A DNA stretch of 50,188 nucleotides, taken from Kipferlia bialata. Taxonomy: Eukaryota. The translations under genes and the position numbers were made by a program. Positions within the stretch are counted from its first letter, which is position 1; each line of letters starts with the position of its first letter. The stretch is from positions 1 to 50,188 of the forward strand of contig BDIP01000009.1 of NCBI GenBank assembly GCA_003568945.1, in the 5' to 3' direction. Under the pieces are notes generated by a model that did no database searches, was not told the DNA's origin, and saw only the letters and a program-made list of their open reading frames with translations. This document shows positions 1-9,369 of the stretch, piece by piece.

Positions 1-1796
1 GCAATGATGTTGCTGAGCATAAAGGGATCCAATGCCATGGCCTTCCTCATGTGGTTTGACCACTCTCCAGCCCGTACCAGCTTCTCTCTCAGCTCCAGTA
101 ACACCAACATCTTGAGATACCTGCCCCACTCTGGGTAGATCTCTCTGAGACTCTTGATGTTGTCGCTAAGCATGATGTTGTATATGCTGTCCTCCACCTG
201 AACTTGGTCTTTGACGATAGTGTCAATGAGGTGACCCGGGGTGCACACACTCTGTCGGGTGACTATATATAAAAGCAGGTCTATGACTGCGTCTTTCTCA
301 CCCTCTGGAGCGAGTGTAGCTGCCTGCCGGAGAACCTTACGCCAGTACTTGTCGTCGAGCAGGTCTCGTTGGGAGGCAGCCTCCTGGTACGTGTCATACT
401 CTATGCCCTTTACTGTACGCCAATCTCTGTATGATCCGAACCCTCCTTCGTCCCTGGCTATGAGGTACATGTAGTGACGCTCGCCGTTGTATGGTGTGGT
501 GGAGTGGAGTCTGCCGAGGGGCGTGTTGGTGAGCTTGCGTTTCCTACGACACCACTCCTTCTGGGCGCCACGCTTCCAAGCATACTCACTGGGGACATCC
601 TCGTACATGAGCTCACATCGCCGTTGCATGTCAAGTGTGTCCGCCAGAGGGTCAGCTCTAAGCGCTCGCTCTCTGATGGTGTTCTCTCTGACCATAAGGT
701 CCATGTAGCCACGTAGCTTGGTAACCTTGGCTCCCTTGGCCACAGTTCTCTTCAGGCGTCTCTTCTGGTTCTCAGTGGCGCGCTTGCTGAGTCTGATCAT
801 CATACCCTCCTGGCCCTCTGTGTGTATCGGTAGTGGTTCTACCCGGGGGGTCATCTTACCCATTGAGAATCCATATATCAGCCACGCTGCCTCGACTGGG
901 CCAAGTACGCGGCTAACGTCAAAGGAGGTAATCTCATCACTCTGATTAACCTTGCGTATGGCCCTTGTGAGACGTGGTTGCTTGAAGATGTAACCCTGAG
1001 TGGGGTTCTTGTGGAGATACTGTGATACCCTGATTGAGGTGCACAACTCCACGTTGAAGTGACACTGGAAGATTGCCAAGAGGGCGGGGTTGTATGGAAC
1101 TACTCTGGAGTTCATGTCATGTCCGCGGTAGGTGTCCTCGGGCTCAAGCTCAGCAGAGTCCTCTTGGTGAGCCTTCTTCACCTTGGTGTCTGTAGTACCT
1201 TGATTGTGGTCTACTGCTCTCCTACGGTAGGTGTAGCGTCCGTCGTCCTCGTTGAATGACGTCTTATCGCAGTAGGCCTTTGGGTATCCCTTAGTACACC
1301 GTCCTCCTCCCTCGAAGTGCCGTTGTGGTGTAGTATTCTTGAGGGCAGCGGCGTCCTTACCACAATTGTACCGTGAACACCCATCCTCGGGGTCTCCATG
1401 AATCATGTACTTCATGACTAGGTCATGTAGAAGTGGATCAACGTTCCTGTCAGGTACCTCGGCACGTACACATGAGTCTGCTTCGCCTGCTGCGATAGGA
1501 TCCTTGAGCCAGAGAAGTGCGTGGATGTGAGGCATGTTACGGTCCTGGAACTCAACACGGTATGTGAATGCAACTGTCTCTCCGAAAATCTGGACGGTGT
1601 TCAAAAGATAGTCTAGGTGCTTGATCTTATCGTTGAAGACACGAGCGACCAGGTCGTCACGGTACTTGGGATCGATGCCGTAAAACTTGCTTGCGGCCTT
1701 GAGGAGGTCGGGGTCTTCTAGGTCCATTGTCATGGTCATGAAGAAGGTAGGCATGTTGAACTTCCGTATGATCCTCTTACAGTTGAGCTCTTGCTG
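1..1796 (-). CDS. Helitron RepHel exon 3: HUH-endonuclease (Rep) domain, open to the window edge
   Basis: Acceptor ...cccaccctag|CAG at 1797/1796. Reads QQELNCKRIIRKFNMPTFFMTMTMD (motif 1), HIH at 1529-1521 (motif 2) and YLHKN at 1019-1005 (motif 3). The same frame reads sensibly at 59-3 (SNHMRKAMALDPFMLSNII). Probably absent from the ORF track because no stop is reached. Confidence 0.92.
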
Positions 1797-1891
1797 CTAG
1801 GGTGGGTGGTGGGTGTATAATTAGAGGGTCGATATGTACCAAATGGATCATTGGGTATCAGGTTAGTCATATGGTGACGTATTGAACATAG

Positions 1892-2033
1892 TGTACCATT
1901 ATTATCACATTGTACCATTATAATCACATTGTACCATTATGATCATATTGTACCATTGTGATCATTCTGTACTATTATGATCAAGTTGTACCAATATTAT
2001 CACATTGTACCAGTATGATTGCTGTGTACCAAT
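1892..2033 (+). repeat. 19-bp minisatellite (TGTACCAWTATKATCAYAT, ~7 units) in Helitron intron 2
   Basis: Units read directly: tgtaccattattatcacat / tgtaccattataatcacat / tgtaccattatgatcatat / tgtaccattgtgatcattc ... Confidence 0.9.
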
Positions 2034-2100
2034 ACAGTTACTATACATCATATTGGTCATGGTGTACTACGGTGACCACTTACATGATATATCAACATAC

Positions 2101-5100
2101 CTTCAGATATCTGGGTCCCAAGTTGTATGATGAAGGGAGAACAGACTGTGTTATGGGCATTCCCACAGAGTCCTCCTCATGGTTGGCTACAGCGTCACTG
2201 AGTGTGTCATACGTGGCGTACAAGAGAGAGTCCTGTATGGTTCGGAGGTATCCGAGGTTGACGCTCTCTTCGCGAGACTCACATCCAATCACGAACTCCT
2301 GTGTCAGCGGTCCAGAAGACAGAAGCCTACTACCGTCTCCACGTTCCTGTAGGATATACCGGTGGTAGTCCCTCAAGGTGATAGTCACTGTCTCCTGTGG
2401 CATCACGCGTGGCTTCTTCTTCTCCTGCTTCTTCTTGGTGTCGGCAGGCTGTGGTGGCAGGTCTGGTGTAACTAGTTCCTGCTTGTCTGACCAGTGACGG
2501 TGGTCACGCATGTCAACAACGACGTCGTCAGTAGGTGTGTGGTTGACCTTGCGTGATGGCTTCACTGGCTTGGGGGCAGTAGAGTCCTTGGGTGGTATCT
2601 TGAATTCCAGAACACCTTCTAGGTGGGAGGTCTGTTCGGGTGGGTCTGGCTTCTTGGACTTCTTGGGTCTCTTGAGAGTCCTGATATGCACCATACCCTT
2701 GTAATACCCGGGAAGGCCTTGGCAGAATAGGAGTGGGTACCGAAGTTGCTCATAAAACTCGTTCATTGTATGCACGGTGTGTAGGTCCTTCTCGTCATGT
2801 GGTACAAAGTGGATGTTGTGTTCCACATCAAGTTCCTCGCACTCTTTGATATAAGAGTTATGGACGATGAGGAATGGGGTAAGCTCATCGTTCATATCTC
2901 TCATGTCATCAGCGTACTCTTGTGGGATGTGTGCCTCGGCATTGCGTCTCTCTCTCCTTGAGGCTGGGAGTATCATAGTGATCTCAGACTTGGTCCCCTG
3001 TGACATCATGATATTGCGACACCGTTGGTAGCTGGTGACAAGGTTGTTCTTGCTCATCAGGAGTTCAAAGTCTTCCATCATACTCTGCAGTACCTTGTCC
3101 TTGCGTTTGTCTGCGGCAATACGCTCAACTGACTTCCCATCTGTGAGCTTGAGACGGTGGACGTACTTGATGAACTTGTCTGCTGGAGTTGCAAGCCCTA
3201 GTGCTAGTCTGTGACGGAGTCTCCCCTTCCGCTTCAGTATGGGCTTGCCTTGCCCATTGGCGCCAAGCCGGGCGTCACTGTAGATGCTGGTGAATGCAAA
3301 CATTGAGTTGAGTGCTCTCATCCTCTCTACGGCGTCTGGGTGCTTGTAGAGGTTGTTGTGTAGCCTCTTGATTGAAGACCCAACCGGGTTGACAGGAATC
3401 TTCACAGCACCCTTGTTACAGCAGTGGTGTCCGTACACCACGAGGTGTTTCTCCTTCTTGGTGTTGTAGAGGCTAGATGGGACCTCAATGTATGTGCGCT
3501 TCTCCTCCTCTGTGAGTATGCCTGTCTCAGAGAAGAACAGATATGCATTGCAGAAGTGGCATCTGTACTCGCAGTGACCGGTTGAGTAGCGTTGGTACTT
3601 GGGCCAGTAGTCTACGGTGTCAACGTTCCATAATGCGACAGGCACATTTGGGTCCCACTCTGTCATGTTGAAGGACTTGTACCGCCCAAGCCCACGGTAT
3701 AAGTCTATGTGCTCGTTCAGAGTGTCTGCGTTGGGTACCTCGTAGTGAGGGAGATCATCCCGACTGGTGGATGCCTCACCACCGTGTGGTTGCCGTTGTG
3801 TCCGTAACCCCCTGGGGTCCCTATGTAGCCAGTGACCCTCAGGTACATCCGTCTCTGGGCAGACATCAGGTGTTACCAGAGGTCTGGGTTGCTCGAAGAA
3901 CGGTTCCTGTGTCACTGGGGCCAGGTCTTGGACATCGGGCTCATCATTGTGCTCTGGCTCACTGATATCAGGCTGTGAGTCTTCGTCACTCTCTGGACGC
4001 CTGTAGAAGGTGGGCACACCATTCCCGTCAAACTCTGGCTCTTGGTCCAGACGGCGGAACAAGTTGACGTCGGCCATACCATTGTGTTGGTCAATGTCAG
4101 ATGTGACATCCTCCTCATCGTCACTGGCATCGGCACTCTCGTCACCCGACTCGTCATCAGATGCTTCTTCACATTCTGCCTGTATGTACCTCTTCCGGAG
4201 TCGGTCTTGCTGTCCCTGTGCCCTCTGACTGGTATCCTGGTGTGAGTATGGTTCTATCACAATGTATGTATGTTTACTTACTATAGTAAGTGGGTGTACC
4301 TGACATGGGAGACGGGTAGACATGTCTGTCTCTAAATCTGTCTCTGAATCTGCATCGTCAGGCCTACTGTCGTGGTGGTCTAACCCCGCTAGTAGAGCTG
4401 TCGTAGGGGACACTGGAGGTGTGGGGTCTGTATCACTGTGGGGGTCCTCGGGATAGTCCCGTTGAGGAGTGGCAGGAGGGTCACATCCCTCCATCTCAGT
4501 GGCTCCTGATGAAACGCCCGTGACTGTCTCCTCTCGTGTGTGGATGTCAGAGTGGGTGGGGACAGTGCATACAGTGTGTGACCTCATGGCATCGGAGATG
4601 TCACATCTGAATTGGAACGTGGGGGTTGGCACCTCACATGAGACGTTGTCTGAGGGAGAGGCGAGGGAATCTGTGTATACAGCAGAGGTTGGTAGAGTCA
4701 CCTCCTGAGCGTCGACGCCATATGCAGATACATCAAGTGACATGTTGTGTGTGGGCGAGGGTCCGTAGATGGCGCCTGCGGGTAGTGTAACCTCTCCCTG
4801 GTGCTCCGGTGGTGCTACATCAAGGTCTAGTGAGAGTGTTGATGTATCCAATGGTGCAGTGTGTACGTAGACAGAGTCATCAGGTAGTGTTGTCTCTCCC
4901 TGCTGGTCCTGTGCGCCTCTCCCATCGTCTAATGCATGTATCACTGTGTCAGATGGTACAGTGTGGACATCCTTAGATACTATGGCTTCGGTGAGGTCAC
5001 ATCTGTCTGGGTATGAATGTGTGTCAAACGTCATCTCCTCAATCTCGTCCTCCGCTTGGATGGTGGGGACGTCGTGTGTGTTAACATACACGGAGTCTGA

Positions 5101-7525
5101 TGGGAGTGTCACTGGACTCCCTTGAGCTGGACGCTTGTTCAGTGGGACTGGGGGAGACATGTCGATAGTCTCACTCTGTCTGACACTGCTGGTTACAGTG
5201 ATGTCTCTCCTGTCTTCGTTGGGAGCTGCAGTCACTGTGGTAGTCTCCTCCATTGGGAACATAGTTGTTCTAAGGTCGACACTCCCAGTGAGGATACCGG
5301 CAACGTGCATCCTGATGCTCGTCTGGCAGAAACGGGTAGATCCAGGGGTCATGTTACGGAGAATAGTGTCGAAACAACCGATGGCGAAGTAGCCACATAC
5401 ATCGATGCCCTTTTGCTCCTGGTACACTCTCACCTCGTAGTCTAGGGTTTCTCCGTAGATCTTAGTCATGACATACGTCACTCTGTCTGGTGTGGACTGA
5501 CCCCTCGCTGAATCCCAAACGATAACCCTTCTCGCCTGGGTCTCAGTGTACACCATCTGGAAGACAACAAAGTGACCAGGCGTGTTAACCGGCGCATGTG
5601 GTGGTGGTGGATAATAGACTATCTGTGGGTAGTCTGGTTCCATCTGGATACTGCCACAGTTTGGTTCACCTCTGTGGTCCATTGTGCTCAACTTCTGGAG
5701 CTGGGGACGGGAGAATGCATCCATGTATAGGGTTACCACCCAGTCCATGACACATGCGTCAAGATGGTTCTCTAGGTATGGTAATTGGCGGACTAAGACC
5801 TGCCACAATTGAGAGCTATGATGTGGTATACGGTCACGTGCATCGGAAATCATCCGTTCTACTGCGGCTGTTTCCAGTGTCACCTGAGCCTTACTCCGGC
5901 GCTCGTATGCCGTGACGTCGCCACCTTCAAGTTCGCCACCTCCACCTATCATGTGAATGTACTCTGTACACCCTCCCTCTGTGGTGCCATCACCCGATGT
6001 TTCCACAGAGGTCTCTCTCTCTCCAACCATAGGGGATGCCCCACCTGGCANNNNNNNNNNNNNNNNNNNNNNNNNNNNNNNNNNNNNNNNNNNNNNNNNN
6101 NNNNNNNNNNNNNNNNNNNNNNNNNNNNNNNNNNNNNNNNNNNNNNNNNNNNNNNNNNNNNNNNNNNNNNNNNNNNNNNNNNNNNNNNNNNNNNNNNNNN
6201 NNNNNNNNNNNNNNNNNNNNNNNNNNNNNNNNNNNNNNNNNNNNNNNNNNNNNNNNNNNNNNNNNNNNNNNNNNNNNNNNNNNNNNNNNNNNNNNNNNNN
6301 NNNNNNNNNNNNNNNNNNNNNNNNNNNNNNNNNNNNNNNNNNNNNNNNNNNNNNNNNNNNNNNNNNNNNNNNNNNNNNNNNNNNNNNNNNNNNNNNNNNN
6401 NNNNNNNNNNNNNNNNNNNNNNNNNNNNNNNNNNNNNNNNNNNNNNNNNNNNNNNNNNNNNNNNNNNNNNNNNNNNNNNNNNNNNNNNNNNNNNNNNNNN
6501 NNNNNNNNNNNNNNNNNNNNNNNNNNNNNNNNNNNNNNNNNNNNNNNNNNNNNNNNNNNNNNNNNNNNNNNNNNNNNNNNNNNNNNNNNNNNNNNNNNNN
6601 NNNNNNNNNNNNNNNNNNNNNNNNNNNNNNNNNNNNNNNNNNNNNNNNNNNNNNNNNNNNNNNNNNNNNNNNNNNNNNNNNNNNNNNNNNNNNNNNNNNN
6701 NNNNNNNNNNNNNNNNNNNNNNNNNNNNNNNNNNNNNNNNNNNNNNNNNNNNNNNNNNNNNNNNNNNNNNNNNNNNNNNNNNNNNNNNNNNNNNNNNNNN
6801 NNNNNNNNNNNNNNNNNNNNNNNNNNNNNNNNNNNNNNNNNNNNNNNNNNNNNNNNNNNNNNNNNNNNNNNNNNNNNNNNNNNNNNNNNNNNNNNNNNNN
6901 NNNNNNNNNNNNNNNNNNNNNNNNNNNNNNNNNNNNNNNNNNNNNNNNNNNNNNNNNNNNNNNNNNNNNNNNNNNNNNNNNNNNNNNNNNTCTCTCTCTC
7001 TCCAACCATAGGGGATGCCCCACCTGACACACACCCTCCCTCTGTCGCAGCAGTAGAGGTCTCTACCTTTCTCGTGCATCTCCGTAGATACTCAAGTAAT
7101 TTAGCGTGAAGGACACTTTCGTCGTCCTTCAGGGCTGCTGAGTTGGCGAATCCGTGGTACGAATCCTCAATAGATTGGAGGAGAGAGACCATGTGCTCGA
7201 CACCGAGTGTCTCAGCCAATGAGAGGGGTGAATCGAACATCACCAGGCCCGCAATATCAAGCTCTGTCTCCACTCGAGTAGTGTATGGATCCTTCACAGG
7301 TATGTCCGTGACTCCCATTAACTCCTCTGCCCTCACTGTGTCTCCCCAATACGTCTCCAGGTCCACTGTGTCCAACCTCTGGCACGCAGTCTTGTAACCG
7401 CGGTACTCACGACGACGGTACCTACTACGTAGATGGTGCCTCGCCCACTCTCCCTTGATGTCTTGCAATATGAAGCTTCTGCTTGTACCAGCTGATGACT
7501 GGTCATGTGTCAATGAAGGTATGAC
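2101..7525 (-). CDS. Helitron RepHel exon 2 (interrupted by N gap 6051-6990): Ulp1/C48-like protease, acidic repetitive linker, Helitron N-terminal Cys cluster
   Basis: Built from ORFs 2092..7032 and 5990..7903 either side of the gap. Acceptor ccttacacag|GTC at 7526/7525; donor AAG|gtatgt at 2101/2100 joins in phase 0 to exon 3 (RYLK|QQELN, cf. canonical GPRYMxQxYQD). Continuity across the gap is assumed. Confidence 0.85.
5230..5800 (-). other. Ulp1/SENP-like (peptidase C48) cysteine protease domain within the Helitron protein
   Basis: His-Asp-Gln-Cys order and context typical of the family: HLDACVMDWVV...NTPGHFVVF...VIVWDSA...QEQKGIDVCGYFAI (His 5574-5572, Cys 5397-5395). Confidence 0.75.
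6051..6990. other. Assembly gap flanked by copies of a coding repeat
   Basis: tctctctctctccaaccataggggatgccccacctg occurs immediately on both sides of the N run; acaccctccctctgt also occurs on both sides. Confidence 0.9.
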
Positions 7526-7551
7526 CTGTGTAAGGTGGTGCATTGCGTGCA

Positions 7552-7880
7552 TGTTACATGGATGAATATACTGTTCAAAGTGAACAGATTGGTTAATCGT
7601 GGACATGGTGCTACATCTTGGATTTACTGCCAAAAAGTGAACATATTGATACATTTGGAACATACTGGTACAGAGTGAGCAACATGGTACAAAGTGAACA
7701 CATTGGTGCATCTTGAACACACTGTTACATTTCAAACATATTGATCCATTTTGAACATATTGGTACAAATTGAACATACTGGTATTAAGTGAACGCACTG
7801 GTACATCTTGAACATATTGGTAAAGAGTGAACATATAGGTACAATGTGAACAGTCTGGTACATGATAATCAAAGTGGTAC
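7552..7880 (-). repeat. 19-bp degenerate minisatellite (~17 units; plus strand TGGTACAWWKTGAACATAY) in Helitron intron 1
   Basis: Units such as tggtacaaagtgaacacat / tggtacaaattgaacatac / tggtacatcttgaacatat. The reverse complement resembles the 1892-2033 unit. Confidence 0.88.
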
Positions 7881-8069
7881 TCGTCAGATAGGTTATGATA
7901 CATAACTGGTCATAGTGGTATATATAGGAACGTATATGTTATGATATTGTCAAATGTCACTCTATATAGTGATGAGAGATATATATGTGGGATACTAATA
8001 CTAATAACTTTGTACTGACACTGGAGTGTATTGCAGTATGTGCGTGTATCTTGTGGTGACATATGATAC

Positions 8070-8150
8070 CTGGCGACCTCGATCAGGATCTCTCTCCCTC
8101 CCTCTCCCTTTCTCTCTCTTTCTCTCTCTCTGACGTACTCTCCGCTGCAT
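8070..8150 (-). CDS. Putative Helitron RepHel exon 1 (basic, NLS-like MQRRVRQRERKREKGRGRERDPDRGRQ)
   Basis: ATG at 8150, exactly 27 codons, donor CAG|gtatca at 8070/8069; joins exon 2 in phase 0. Confidence 0.6.
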
Positions 8151-8295
8151 GTGTTTCACACCACAGCTGAATAGACAGTTGACTGTACCGTACAGTATGT
8201 ACCTTTTTGTTCACTATCATCAATGTGACCCTTAATTCCCTCTCACGACAAGTCCTCTTTACCTCATTGTCTGTGCTTCTAGTGGTCCTGCTCGC

Positions 8296-9296
8296 ATGCG
8301 TGCACGGGTCATTTCTGACTCCGAGGAGAGCTCGGATAGTGGAGTGCCTCCTCCTGTTTTTTCTGAGGAAGGGGGGGTCGTTGAGGATGAGACTGTGGTG
8401 GAGGGTGATAAGCTCCCCTCTGGACCTGATGAGGGTGTGGAGGGGACACCATATGATGCAGTGTCGCAGCCTGAGGGTGTTGCTGTACATGTTAGTGCTG
8501 GGGAGGGGCTCACATACAATGGGGAGGAGGGGGTCTGCTCGCAATCTGAGCATGCTGACGTAGACCCAGTCTCGCAGGAGGCAGAGGTCTCAATGTGTGG
8601 TGAGGACACACCTGTGTCCACATGTGATATGACACAGGATGGGGTGGACGGTGATGTACCCGCCTGTGTACCTGATGGGGGTGCGGAGGCAGTCTCGCAG
8701 GAGGCAGAGGTCTCAGTGTGTGATGGCATGCCTGTGTCCACCGGTGATATGGCACAGGATGAGGGCGGCGTGGAGGGGGGTGAGGAGTGCAGCTTCTCTC
8801 CCTCTCAGCCTGGGTCTGCACCTCCGCTTCTGCAGCTGGGGACGGCCCCCTTGTCTCAGTACTCCCAGGCGAGTCTACATGTATACACGTATATATATAT
8901 ATATATATACATCATGTATATATACATGTATGATTATAATATACTTGTACCTATATATCTCTAGTGAGTGTATATATATATGGCTCAGTGTACATATAGT
9001 CTTACTCTAGAACAGTCAGAAGGTACCGACGGTGTATGTCCCAACTCTGGTTCCACCACTAGGGTGGGGTGACGTCTTGGCTGTTGACGGTATGAAGCCA
9101 ACTACTGTCAGGGTTGGGTACACACTGTTCGCCACGGTATGTTCGATATAGTATCATGTATTCTTGTGTTGGTTTCAGAGCAGCTGGCTTCACTGTTTCA
9201 TTTCAGGTTGTCCACGTGTACAAGTTACGTCCTCTAACTGATGGGAGGTATCTGGCCAACTTTGTAGTCAGAGATGAGTATGGCGTTGATATCAAG
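8296..9296 (+). CDS. Acidic N-terminus plus RPA70-like OB-fold (ssDNA-binding) protein, probably Helitron-associated; exons 8296-8868, 9011-9136, 9207-9296; 3' end probably truncated
   Basis: Three phase-0 exons (first intron GC-AG: CAG|gcgagt) give ...DVLAVDGMKPTTVRVGYTLFAT|VVHVYKLRPLTDGRYLANFVVRDEYGVDIK, which resembles the first strands of RPA70 OB domains (IxxLxP...WTIxARV...GKLFSxxLxDESGEIR). Similarity judged by eye. Confidence 0.55.
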
Positions 9297-9369
9297 GTAA
9301 GATATACTTATGACATCTACCACTGCCCCCCCCCCCCCCCCCCCCCCCACCCCCCCCCCCCCCCTTTCA

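Larger units (their letters stand above)
1..8150 (-). mobile_element. Helitron (rolling-circle DNA transposon), autonomous-type, running off the left end of the window; termini not located
   Basis: The encoded protein has the Helitron hallmarks in the correct order: CHFCNA...CCNKGAVKIP, LPSSYNLGPRYLK, PTFFMTMTMD, DDLVARVFNDK, EFQDRNMPHIHALLWL (HUH), VVPYNPALLAIFQCHFNVELC, EAAWLIYGF. The PIF1 helicase part is expected beyond position 1. Confidence 0.93.

Noticed and set aside
5809..7109. Several long ORFs spanning the N run
   Set aside because: Artefacts of translating Ns; only the minus-strand Helitron frame is supported.
7526..7903. His/Cys/Tyr-rich N-terminus of ORF 5990..7903 as a metal-binding domain
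   Set aside because: It is the translation of the 19-bp intronic minisatellite upstream of a good acceptor at 7526.
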